A stretch of 64,000 nucleotides of DNA from Adineta vaga (Eukaryota; Animalia; Rotifera): assembly GCA_021613535.1 (NCBI GenBank), contig CP075493.1, forward strand, positions 11,160,001-11,224,000, written 5' to 3'. Numbering within the stretch: position 1 is the first letter of the stretch; each line of letters starts with the position of its first letter. Under the pieces are notes generated by a model, which did not search any database, was not told the origin of the DNA, and worked only from the letters and a program-made list of their open reading frames with translations. Position numbers and translations under genes: made by a program. Of the stretch, positions 13,301 through 25,243 are shown in pieces.

Positions 13301-16239
13301 AATTTGTCTTTTAATTCACGAGCGGTAGCATCAAAAATTGCGTCTATATGATGTCGTCCCTGAGCAGTTTTAGTTACGATGGCCCATATTTTACGTACAA
13401 TAGTTCTCTGTTCCGATGTGAAACCTTTCCATTTCCGCGCATCATTGGCGTACACTCCTTGTGCATTCCATCTTCTCCACTGTGCATTTACATAAAAGAT
13501 CGTTTGCTTATAAATTGGAAGAGTATTTAACGACTCATCAAATAAGATAGCATATATCAAATTATCTCGAGAAGGATTATAAAACGTATCGGATAGTACA
13601 GTATCCTCAGTTATTTGAATTAATGACGTAGCAAGAATAAGTAAATCTTTCACCAAAGCGTTTTGTTTCTTATGTTGTTTATCTATATTCATCAAGCGGG
13701 ACAGCGGGTTTTGCGGATTTTGTGTTTGTTTGAGGTTATATGAATACGGTCTCAATTGGTCTTGCAAAAATTTATCTTTGAAAATAGTGATAAATTGTGT
13801 GTTTTGCACCGAAAACAGACTGCCTTTGAGAAGCGTATAAACATTCCCTATAAAAAGATGAAGGGAAAACTTTTATGAGTATAAAACACGACCAGCAGTG
13901 TGTTCTAGTCAATTGCTTTTTGTGAAAAAGAAGATTATTTTAATCTACAATACCTTGTCGAAAACATTGTGTTACCATATGGGCGATGAAAAATTCCGAA
14001 CGATGACGATCATTAGGTACGGTTTTTATCCACAATTCAATTAGCATATCTATTTGTTGAAGTATCTGTAAAAGTAAGATTTCATTATGCACGAAACATT
14101 CAGTCCACTGGTGAGTTAACTTCTGATAATCGATCCATTCAGCATTAGATTCACATAAAAAATATTTAAACCAGCCAATGAAATAATCAACCGTTTGATT
14201 ATTTCGACGAGCTAGCATACGTGAAAGATATTGTTGACGATCAAAATCGTATAATAAATACGAATTATATGAGCGAAATATAATATCACGAACAAGAGGA
14301 AACTCATCTAATGAAATATGATGGTTTATTTCGTTTAGGTAGTTTTTAAATGTATTTTGTAGTGTACGATTCGTTTCGAGAACAAATTTAATTGTCTTAT
14401 TCGAGCCACCATTGCTATCATTATTATCTTCCTTTGTTGGACTGTTCATATAGTTCAAAAGAAATAAAATATCCGTAAGTTCCACTACAAAAAGAAAGAA
14501 GTATGAACATAATTTTTAGTTGTTTTCATTCTTACTTCGAAAACGCTTTTGTTGAAGAAGTTTATCGAGCTGCACTCCAATTTTCTCTTGCAATTCATTA
14601 TAATCTCCTTGATAAGCGAGTAGAAATTGAGTAAGATAACTAATATATGTTTCGAGAGTAGCAGCTAATTCAAGATGTTCCAGAGTTAGATGATCTTTAC
14701 CAACTAGTGTGTATAGAGATGCATCTTTGTTTTCTCGAAGACTGTATCCTAAATAACTCAGTAACGTAAGTAGTCTGGTGGCTATTTCTTTACGACGTTC
14801 TTCATCAGGTATCATCGATAATAAATTGAAGCAGTCAGTTGTTTGTTTTTCAGTATCTTGATAAACGATCAGTGATAAAGAACACAGCGTAATGAGACCT
14901 TCACGAAATGATGTCCATTCGGAATCCAAAATAGTCGGCCAAATTTTATGCAAATCATTCAATGTTTTTTTGAAAACAATGGATGTAAAAAGCCGGGCTG
15001 CTTCATTTTCACCGGTTAGATTTTCTCGATTGGTTGGTAAAACAGATACCATACGAATAAGAATGTTTAGTGCTGATAAATCTTCTTTTACCGTCTGCTC
15101 GATTTCTGAATAATATTTACGACAAAGTTGAAAGAAAATGTTCAAGTTTTCCTGTGAAATTCCTTTTCTGGATTCTTGTACAGCGTTACTAAACTGTTTG
15201 AGGAATGAATCAAATAAATCATAACATTTCATGTTGATCATAAAGTATGGAAAAATACATAGATTCTCCCAAAATGATATGTCGCCACCTAAAATGATCG
15301 TGCAAGTTAAAAGGAGACGCACAGAATTCTATTTTTTCCAAACCTGGAGCAGATATTACATGGAAAGATTTTTGGAATTGTGAACTAAATAAAAATTTAT
15401 TGGGTTCCGTTGGATCCAGACTAAGATGATGCAATATATTGTCTTCATGATGAGAAGTCGGAGCAAGATTTCGCGACTGTGATATATAAAGCCGGTATCT
15501 ATCGATTTTACGTAATTGTTGTTTGTATGCAATATAAATATCTCCATTATCGTATATCTGAACAGGCAATTTTAGACAGAAAATTATCGGAATGCCTTCC
15601 TTCATGTATTGTTTATTCTAAATAAATATAGATAGGGATTACAAGATTTAATTGAAGACAAAATCTCAGTTTGAGAGGCGAATTGGTAAAATCTATCTTC
15701 AAAAGTCAAAGATTAGTAAATAATTTATGATTCAGCAAAAAATCTAAAGGATTATGTTATTTTAAACTTTTAGGAAAATCTGCGTATGGCTATTGTTTAC
15801 CCACCGACTTGATAAAAAGAAACCGATATGAAACTTCGAAATGTTCATGAGTAAGTGATACTTTCGATTGAAAAACAAGCGGTATATTCATATTTAAACT
15901 GATACAGAGCTTTATGTTTTAATTTGCTTAAACCTCAAATGACTCAGTGATGAACTTAATTCATCAGTTTGAATGAATCCATGGGAAGAAATATATTATA
16001 TAAATAAAATATAATAAACTGACCCCTGGCCGAATAAGAGTAGCAATTTCGTTAAAAGCATATTTCAATTGATTGTCAAATACGGCTTGAATTTTCCAAT
16101 TATTATTAGAATCAGAAAAACGGAGAATATATAAAGATATAGTGCATAGAGTGAAAGGTCCATCTATCGTTGTAGATGAAGCAGCGTTACTTATGTTTAA
16201 TATTGCAGTGTCGTTGTTATCGTCATTTTCATTATCCAT
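1397..16239 (-). CDS. RNF213: RNF213/mysterin-like giant AAA+ ATPase / RZ-finger E3 ligase, about 4,700 aa, multi-exon
   Basis: In-frame GT-AG introns at 9559-9613, 12872-12920, 12990-13064, 13848-13953, 14485-14535 and 15289-15343 join the ORFs. The 5'-most exons (15618-16239) are less certain. Motifs: TSKITGLGKS, PVLIMGETG|CGKT (Walker A split by an intron), IFFDEFNT, GKPGSSKS, FDEIGLAE, SNWRLDASKMNR, FGLRDYYSL, PFLNRFEKH, and a C-terminal RZ-like finger CSMDC...DCG...CPLCKKPIG. Confidence 0.92.
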
Positions 16240-18633
16240 GTTTGTTGTCGACAGTACCAGTTTTGCTTAAGTATATCTATACGAAAAAGCAAATAATAAA
16301 GTAATAAAAAAATGTATGGTAGTAAAAATAAAAGCGGTAGAAAACGATCACATGTCTACTGTCGCATTCTTGTTCTCTCTTTTTTCTCAGATTTTTACAT
16401 AGAGTATCAACTAAGACGTGTGGTCTTCATTTCATTGTCTCTTAAAAGAAAGACGTTAAATAATATTTTAAGAAAAGTTTATGTTACAAAGGGGAAAATG
16501 GTATAATTCTTTTTTCTTGTGAGCGATTAACTGAAACGTAATGTCCTCAGATATTTCCAAGCATATTTACTTTAAGATCAAACACAGTGGGTTTTTTCAC
16601 ACTATGTCTTACGGCACAAACATGTATTTTAAAAGACATTTTTCTTTTTCTGTTCTTCTTCTTGACAGTAAATCTTCTAAAATTCCCAGAGAATAGAATA
16701 AAAGAGCAACACAGAAGAAATTCATTTGCTCTTCACAAATACAAATACATACTACCTTGCTATTATATAATCAAAAAGATATCATTTACCGAATTTCTAT
16801 AAATTCAGACAACCTATTATATTATACAGTACTATCATAATCGTAAACGTCAACGGTAAATGAAGAATATTTTTTTCTAAACAATAAGTTCACAGTGAAG
16901 TATATGATACCATTGTCCTTGAAATCATGTAAACATACAAGTGTTAGTCGTTTTTGCTAACGAAAAGAAGCTTCTCTCTTGATAAGAACAAATGTACATT
17001 ATTGTCACAGATGTGAACGCCATTATCGTACTAAATTGCTTCTCAAACCATCATTGAAAACCGATGCATTTCATACTACATATAATAGCGGCTTTTATGC
17101 AAATTTTTTTCACAAGCATTTTCTATAGTGACTTGTATAATGATGATAAAAAGATTTTCAGCCCAACCTCTCTCTTTAGGGCTAAAACGTGGCACTCAGA
17201 TATAGTCTATTTTGGATAACAGTCTGTACGTAATGGGAATTCACCTGAAACAGAGTTTTTCCTATAGTGGGATTTTGTTTATAATAGGATTGTGAATGTT
17301 ATGGATATTGTCTCTAATGGAGAAGGGCAGAACAGGCCGAATTTCACGGTATATTTTAGCTCGACTCCTAATGCAAGTGTCGGAGAAGAAAATAATGAAT
17401 GAACTTGATAATGATTTAGAATCAATTCTAAAAGATTTTGTTTATAAATGTCAATTAGCTTTTATACTCTTCTCAGTTAATGAACGTGAGGACAAGGATG
17501 GTTCACTATTGACAACGGTTTTGTTCGGGATACATTTAGTCTTGCAAATCACTGACTTGCTTCGGCAAAACAATATTATACATTAATTAACTATAATGCT
17601 AATTCACATGATCCTAGTCATATTGGCAAGCTATTCGAATGGACAATCCAGCCGATCGATTATCAAAATGGGATTATATACCTATGCATCATCTCGAATG
17701 TAGTTATAGTATTGATTTTGAATATACTTATGTCTTAGGATGTAAAATTCAATTTATTATTGGGAAAGTAAAATTCAGTCCTTTAATATCTTCGAATTAT
17801 TTAGAATAATCATATAATTATAAAATATAGAACGATATCTCTCAGATATCATTCATTTGTTTCTAAATTATTGTAATACGCTGGAGGCAGATCAGCAAAT
17901 TCTGTATTTGTATCCTTTGATATTTCCTTCTTGTTTCGATTTCTTCGTCGAAGACAATACCAAAGAAGAATACCAGCCAGAAGAATTACCAGAAAAAGAG
18001 CAACAATAGAAATAATCAATGGAATGAGAAAATTTTTTGATGGCTGACAATTACCATTTGCACACGGTCCTACAAATCAAGAAAAACATACTTTCGCTCA
18101 ATATACTTAAGAAAAAATCGGCAACCTTCAGGTCTTGGAAAACCATTGAGATGTTTCACTTCATTCGAAATTACACCTAAATTGATTGATGATGATATAT
18201 TTCGAAATAGAGATTTTTTTTTTCATACCAAAAATATTAACGATAAAAAATGTGAATACGATTATTGCTGCCATAAACATCCGAACATGTCAAAAAAAAC
18301 AACTAATGTTGTACTATTTTATACCAGCGTATAAATACAAACTTTATTTATCGCTACCGTTGACTAAATTTATATCAGAACGAAAAATGTACTTTTATAT
18401 TATATAAATATCAAGTTTACATGCTCGATTATTATGTACAATCGTCATCGAGATCCCTATTTTCAAATATTACAGTTGACGGTTCGTTCTCTAGTTTTTT
18501 CTCGTTCTAAACAACAGCGACTTTCTTGGATGAGTCACATTGGTGACGTGTTCTTTGCGCAATTACACTATGTATCATTTTGCATCACGTTATATAAGTT
18601 TTTCTTTTTCATTATAAATATTATAATAGTAAC

Positions 18634-19377
18634 ATGGATGTTCTGAAACCTGCTGATTATGATGAAAATCCTGATAGATATAAGAAGATAAGCATCGTTG
18701 TTGTTTCTGATACACATAAAAATCATCGAAAATTATCAATTCCCAATGGTGATATATTTTTACATTGTGGAGATTTTACAAATCGACATGATTGGTATAA
18801 TTTATCAGATGATAAATCGATTCCAAAATCAGTGATTGATTTCAATGACTGGTTAGGAACATTACCACATCGGCATAAAATTGTCATTTGTGGAAATCAT
18901 GATATTGGTTTTGAAAAATTTACTTATGAAGAAATTCAATCGAAACTTTTAACAAATTGTAAATATTTACAAGATGAATTGATTGAGATTGAAGGAATAA
19001 CAATTTATGGGTGCCCATGGCCATTTTCTCAACATTATCGAACAAAATGGCCTTCAGTTCCATCACATGTTGATCTTTTAATGACACATGCACCACCACA
19101 GTTTATCTTGGACTTAGCATTTCAACCCAAACGTTCTCCTGTAGTAACACCTTGTTCAATGTGTAATGGTAAAGTTCATGGTTCTTATGGGCATTGGGGT
19201 TCACGAAGTTTAGTACAAGAAATTCGAGAACGAATTCAACCACGTGTACATTGTTTTGGTCATGTTCATGATGATGCTGGTTACAAATACGACAGTGGTA
19301 CACTTTTTATCAATGCAGCAACAGATTTAACGAAGCAATCTTTTAAATTCATTTTTTATATTGATTTACATAAATAG
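18634..19377 (+). CDS. Calcineurin-like metallophosphoesterase (MPPED-like)
   Basis: Intronless 247-aa ORF with SDTH, HCGDFT, GNHD, LLMTHAPP and FGHVH metal-binding motifs. Confidence 0.9.
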   Translation: MDVLKPADYDENPDRYKKISIVVVSDTHKNHRKLSIPNGDIFLHCGDFTNRHDWYNLSDDKSIPKSVIDFNDWLGTLPHRHKIVICGNHDIGFEKFTYEEIQSKLLTNCKYLQDELIEIEGITIYGCPWPFSQHYRTKWPSVPSHVDLLMTHAPPQFILDLAFQPKRSPVVTPCSMCNGKVHGSYGHWGSRSLVQEIRERIQPRVHCFGHVHDDAGYKYDSGTLFINAATDLTKQSFKFIFYIDLHK

Positions 19378-19607
19378 TAAAATTCGAAAACAAAACTGAA
19401 CTACCATGCATATCCTGAGTTTTGGAACGATTTTGTAAAAGAAAATATCGTCTATTCGTATTTTTTGCCAATGTGTAATGCAATTGAAGAAAAGAAAGAG
19501 CATGTGTCTGTTTTATACTGTCGAACGTTACCTCACAACATAACAAAACGAATGAACATATAAGTCTTATAATAAAAGTATGAATCGTTGTTATTTCTTC
19601 CAACTTT

Positions 19608-19642
19608 CACACATACTCACACTCACGCCCACACCCTCAAGA
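19608..19642 (-). repeat. Half copy of telomere-like element (TTGAGGGTGTGGGCGTGAGTGTGAG on minus strand)
   Basis: Plus strand reads cacacatactcacactcacgcccacaccctcaaga; same terminal motif as at 24021, 40707, 61501 and 62785. Confidence 0.6.
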
Positions 19643-19678
19643 TTTTACTATATATACTTAAAAGATTATACACGTAAA

Positions 19679-20737
19679 TCAAGCGAAAGAATATAATTCC
19701 GCACTATTCAATGAACCACCATTGAATCCTGCGGTAATCAATATTGTTCCATTGAGTAAGGTCGATGCTTTGTGTCGAAATCGACCATAATTCATGCTAT
19801 TGACAGTTATCCAAGAGTTTGTTGCAAAGTCATATATTTCAGCACTTTTCAAAGCTTCTGTATTATAATAACCACCAGCAACCAAGACATTTCCATTGTT
19901 TAATGTCGATGCAGTGTGATGTTTTCGTACAACGTTCATTGGATTAGTCGATGTCCAAGTATTCGCATCAAGATCATATAATTCACCTCTCTGTACATAT
20001 CCATTACCGTATCCACCAGTAACTAATACTTTTCCATTTGGTAAAACTGCTGTTGCATGTTCTCCTCGTGCATAATCCATGCTGCGGACAGCAGTCCATG
20101 ATCCTGTTTCTGGATCATACAATTCTGCACTATCAGTATAATCGCTTAAGCTAAATCCTCCAGTAACTAGTACTTTTCCATTTAGTAATAAAGATGTAGT
20201 ATGCTCACTTCGGGGACAATTCATTGACCCTGTCATTGTCCAATTTCCTGTATTCGGATCATATAATTCAGCAGTATTATCATCTTCACCAATAGCTGTT
20301 TTGCCACCAGTAACCAATACTTTTCCATTCTTTAATAGAGTTGCCGTATGAAAGATTCGTTGGTAATTCATAAGACTAGTGGCTGTCCAATTTCCTATCT
20401 TAATATCATATATCTCACTGGTACCTAAAGGACCAGGATTCGCTCCACCGCATACTAAGACGTTTCCATTCGGTAATAAAGATGCTGCATGTGACTCTCT
20501 TGAACCGACCATGTATCCAGTATACGTCCACTTTCCCGTTGATGGATTATATATTTCAGCTTCATTCAGAATACTAAAGTCACTACCACCAGTGATTAAT
20601 ACTTTGCCATCGTTTAGAACGGTTGCGACATGATCAACACGTGCGTTTAACATATCTTTTGCATTTACCCATTCTTGACCATAGCATATAAGAGTATTAC
20701 TAATCAAAAGAAAAGAAATAAAATAAAGAACAGCCAT
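19679..20737 (-). CDS. Secreted Kelch-repeat beta-propeller protein
   Basis: Hydrophobic N-terminal signal peptide, then about 7 repeats of R..H.A..L.NGKVLV.GG....AE.YD.....W; intronless. Confidence 0.9.
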   Translation of the reverse strand: MAVLYFISFLLISNTLICYGQEWVNAKDMLNARVDHVATVLNDGKVLITGGSDFSILNEAEIYNPSTGKWTYTGYMVGSRESHAASLLPNGNVLVCGGANPGPLGTSEIYDIKIGNWTATSLMNYQRIFHTATLLKNGKVLVTGGKTAIGEDDNTAELYDPNTGNWTMTGSMNCPRSEHTTSLLLNGKVLVTGGFSLSDYTDSAELYDPETGSWTAVRSMDYARGEHATAVLPNGKVLVTGGYGNGYVQRGELYDLDANTWTSTNPMNVVRKHHTASTLNNGNVLVAGGYYNTEALKSAEIYDFATNSWITVNSMNYGRFRHKASTLLNGTILITAGFNGGSLNSAELYSFA

Positions 20738-21039
20738 TCGATTCGAAGCTAAAACTGAAATGAAAGAATATCGTGTAAGAGCATGGTTTAGTACTTATCT
20801 TGAGTGAAATTTACAGGTGATATCAGTCTCACTAGCAAATATAATGTAAAAGCTTAAATACACGAGAAAAACATTGATCTAGAAAGAGTGTTCTACTTCT
20901 TAATACCGAAAAGAAGATCATCTCTACAGAAAATATCCCATATAAGAATACAATTATTTATTTTATTTTTCTATGTTTCATCTCAAGAATTATTCAAAAA
21001 GTTACAAATATACTCTATCTGTAGTTTATTCAAATGTTT

Positions 21040-22335
21040 TCATTCGTTTACAAAGCTTGATGGATCATATATTTCAGCAGTGTTTAGAAAATGCGTATTC
21101 TGATAAGATCCACCAGCAACAAGTACTTTACCATCGGATAACAATGTTGCTGTATGATATTCTCGTGTATGATTCATATCACCAACAAATGTCCAAGTTT
21201 GTTCTACTGGATCATATAATTCTGTACTACTAAGAGCAGAATAATTACCCCATCCACCAGACACTAAGACCTTGCCATCTTTTAATAGAACTGCTTGATG
21301 ACTAGATCGTGGAGAATACATATTGCGAGTCATCGTCCATATTCCTGTTGATGGATCATACAGTTCGACACCTGGTACTATACCAATTGACATTCCACCA
21401 GTAACTGGAACCTTTCCGTCGAGCAAAACAGTTGCTGTATGGAAGTCTCGTGGATTATTCATACTACCAGTTAATGTCCATGTTCCTGTTGTTGGATCAT
21501 ATAATTCAGAACTATTGGTTGCATACGGAGGAACACCATGTCCACCCATAACTAGTATTTTTCCATCTGCTAAGGTACACGCTCGATGACAATCTCGTCC
21601 AATATTCATACTACCAGTCGTTGTCCAAACTCCTGTTGATGGATCGTATATTTCTGCACTTTTCAACATATTAAATTGTTCATCGTATCCACCCGTAATC
21701 AAAACTTTTCCATCGGGTAATATAGAGGCTGTATGTGCAGTACGCGCAAAATTTACATTGCCAGTAAGTGTCCATTTTTGTGTCGCTGGATCATATTGTT
21801 CAGTATAATATGTCAGGTCAGTTTCATTGTAACCAGAAATGGCCAAAACTATTCCATTATTTAACGTGATTACAGCATGTCCAACTCGTGGACTTTTCAT
21901 AGGACTGCTTACCTGCCATGTTTTAGTTGATGGATCATAGAGTTCAGTAGTTTTTAGAATAGCATTACTACCTCTAGTACCAACACTATCAGCACCACCA
22001 ATAATTAATACTTTTTTATTATTTAACAATATCGCCTCATGTACATATCGCACATGATGCATATCACCAGTACGAGACCATCCTAAACCCAATATCGATT
22101 CATATACATAGTGTAAGAAAAGAATGTGAAATTTACACTAACCTGATCTTTCTATGATCGTGATGATGGATGGAGTGTTTTGTTGGTGAATGATAAATTT
22201 AAATAAGAGTGAAACAGAAACTGTTGAAATTGTCAACATCATAAATGTAATACATATAATCTTAATCCATCGATGTTGCCACCATTTCAGCTGGATATTG
22301 TTTAGAGGAGTACGTTCATTATCTGTAGAATCCAT
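21040..22335 (-). CDS. Kelch-repeat protein with N-terminal membrane anchor (2 exons)
   Basis: Exon 1 (22143-22335) encodes a TM helix (IICITFMMLTISTVSVSLLF). A phase-1 GT-AG intron 22083-22142 joins it in frame to about 7 Kelch repeats. Confidence 0.88.
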
Positions 22336-22998
22336 GTACGATAGATATGCCTTAAAAGCTGTGTGGAGTTTAAATTTGTTGAAATATATAAGACATAGTT
22401 AAATTTCTTTTCTTTGGCTGTTTGTTCTATAAGTTTGATAAGAAATTGTGTTGTCAATGCAGATGATGAAGTGTTCTTAAATAAGTAAAACAAAATAGAT
22501 GTAGAAGTAGAACATAAATCTATTGTTGACCTAGTTTAGTTCTCAATAAACATCTCGAAGATATGCATTAGAAGACGAACATTCTTTCTATATACTGAAA
22601 AAACTATTACATGTGCTTTTTATTGAGTGAGAAAAACTTAATCTTATTTCAGTATAGTAAAACGGTATTTTAGCAATATTTCATGTTTCATATACACTTA
22701 TCCATATGAGAAAGGTTATATGGAAAAAATAGTTATTAGAATATGATATAAAATATGATCAGATAGTATGACAAGATAATATCTTGAAGCTTTATCTGCG
22801 ATATATTGTAATAATACTGGTATTGCATTGTATTGTCTTGTTTTACTATTTAACAAAGTACTAATCATTTTTTGTCTCATTAATACAGCATGTCTATAAT
22901 ACTGTTTGTATAAATCAAGCCATCAAATAAACTTTGATATTTCGTTTTTCTGCAATCAGATATCGAACACACACCTTTAACAAATAATCTGATCATCG

Positions 22999-23024
<26 letters not shown>
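22999..23024. repeat. (TA)13 microsatellite
   Basis: Read directly, about 80 bp upstream of the first DUF202 ORF. Confidence 0.95.
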
Positions 23025-23029
<5 letters not shown>

Positions 23030-23107
23030 CATATGTGCATAATAATCGGCGACAGAAAAGGAAACATTAGTAAAGGGTAAAATCTACGCTCGATTTATCG
23101 AAAAAAA

Positions 23108-23521
23108 ATGATGAGAACCATAAAGCCAGAGAAAAGTAAGAATCGTAACAATAATAAGACAGAAGATAAAAATCTCATGGAACAACATCTATCGAATGAA
23201 CGGACTTTTTTATCGTGGACAAGAACTGGTCTTAATATATTTACAATTGGTTGTGCTATTGGAAGATTCGGTGGTACATCAAATACATCGACAACATTGA
23301 CGGATCCCGATTCTCAAAAAAAACCGCTTATCTCTGGCATCATTTTAGCTTTTGCTGGTATCCTGTGTTTAATTTATGGTGTTTGGAGATTTGTTCGAAA
23401 TCATCGGCATATCAAACATGGTACTTCATCTTATAGTCCTGATATATTTGGACCAATTATTTCGATACTAGTCTTGATGGCAGCATTAATTGCTATAATT
23501 ATTATTTTCTTTATCGTTTGA
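23108..23521 (+). CDS. DUF202 (YidH-like) small membrane protein, copy 1
   Basis: HLSNERTFLSWTRTGL signature followed by three hydrophobic segments. Confidence 0.88.
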   Translation: MMRTIKPEKSKNRNNNKTEDKNLMEQHLSNERTFLSWTRTGLNIFTIGCAIGRFGGTSNTSTTLTDPDSQKKPLISGIILAFAGILCLIYGVWRFVRNHRHIKHGTSSYSPDIFGPIISILVLMAALIAIIIIFFIV

Positions 23522-24482
23522 AAATTTTCTGCATTCTGTACATGAAATATCTTAATGTTTTTATATTATTTTATTATTTCAGTTAAAAAAGAAAAAATAT
23601 TAATAAAAAATATAAATGATTATATTCATTTTATATCATTATTATGATATTAAATCGATTACAAAGGCAACCATTGTTCATAGTTCAAGACAAAAGCGCA
23701 TGGTCGTTTAATTATATTATTATATCTATATACTGTGAGAATCAACGACAAATATGATATGAAAATTAGATGCAATTGATTCACTTTTGATACATAAAGA
23801 CGTTGAATATGCGTCTTTCTTCTTCTTTTCTCCTATTCACTTGTGTTTAGTTGATCTACGCTTTGCGCTCGCGCAGAACAACGCAGGTGTGCTTATCGAA
23901 GGTTGAAATGTGCTTTTGACGTTTCAATTTTTATTTTATCGGAACACGTATGAATATATATGAATAAATACGAACACAAGGACAATCCATCATAAAGCGA
24001 TATTTTGTGTCGCATGAAATCTTGAGGGTGTGGTTGCTCTAAATTTACTTTGAGTATATTCATTCTCTTATATTCAATAGGACAAGATCATGCAAAGGTT
24101 ATACAACCATCAGAAATCAACGGTATGAATATAGTTTTCTTTTTACTGCATACCATTCACGCACAGCTAACTTCAACAAAATATAATGAGTGACAATTTC
24201 CTACACTATCAATAAATAATATCTAGAATCCTTTTCATGTAATCGATCAATGGAAGAATGTTAATGATTTATCTTTCCTTCAATCAGATATACAACTATG
24301 CTATATTATCAATCATCACATCATATTTTGTCCTTATTGCCTTTTTGATATTCTCGAAAATTTACAGGTGGGCTACTATTCTACCATTTGAAATTTCATC
24401 AATGATCATATGTAGGTATACATTGGCAGCAAAAGGAACTATTGAGAGAATATTGTTTTTTTTTATATAGATTGTTGAAAAA

Positions 24483-24896
24483 ATGATGGGAATAGCAAAG
24501 CTAGGAAAAAGTAAGAATCGTAACAATAATAAGACAGAAGAGAAAGAACCATTGGAACAACATCTATCGAATGAACGGACTTTTTTATCTTGGACAAGAA
24601 CTGGTCTCAATATATTCACAATTGGTTGTGCTATTGGAAAATTTGGTGGTACTTCTAGTACATCGACAACATTGACAGATTCTGGTTCTCAAAACAAACC
24701 ACTTATTTCTGGTATCATTTTAGTGATTGCTGGTGCTCTATGTTTGATTTATGGTATTTGGAGACTTGTTCGAAATCATCGGCATATCAAACATGGTAGT
24801 TCATCTTATAGTCCTGATATATTTGGGCCAATTATTTCAATTTTTCTATTAATGGCTGTACTGATTGCCATAATAATATTTGTTTTTATCATATAA
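24483..24896 (+). CDS. DUF202 (YidH-like) small membrane protein, copy 2 (tandem paralog)
   Basis: Same length (137 aa), same motif and high identity to 23108-23521; flanks have diverged. Confidence 0.88.
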   Translation: MMGIAKLGKSKNRNNNKTEEKEPLEQHLSNERTFLSWTRTGLNIFTIGCAIGKFGGTSSTSTTLTDSGSQNKPLISGIILVIAGALCLIYGIWRLVRNHRHIKHGSSSYSPDIFGPIISIFLLMAVLIAIIIFVFII

Positions 24897-25243
24897 AATA
24901 CCGAGTCGTGTTTGTATATACAATTTTATGCTACATTACGGTCTCTTTGTTAATATAAACGAGGCATGTGGATGTAAAATAAGTAATACCTGGATGTATT
25001 TACATATCAGTTTTTACTAATATCTTAAACGCAAAAAACTCATATACCAGGTGAATTTGCTTGTTAAATGCTTCTTTTGTGACACCACATGTTGCGTCAG
25101 TAAGAAAAGAAAAAGAAAAAAAAGATTAGTTTTTATTTTTTTTGCGTACCACGTGCATCATAACAGAACGATTAAAAATAAGGCATGTAAAAAAGTATGA
25201 ATAATTATTGTTTCTTCCAACTTTCATACACACACACACAATT

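Noticed and set aside
3482-15113. Short ORFs antisense to or overlapping the RNF213-like gene (and similar ones over the TPR, Kelch, S9 and dehydrogenase genes)
   Set aside because: No motifs; these are expected shadow ORFs of long coding regions.
16900-18420. ORF 17296-17586 and neighbouring coding-like fragments
   Set aside because: Possibly a decayed gene, but no recognisable family or consistent splice model.
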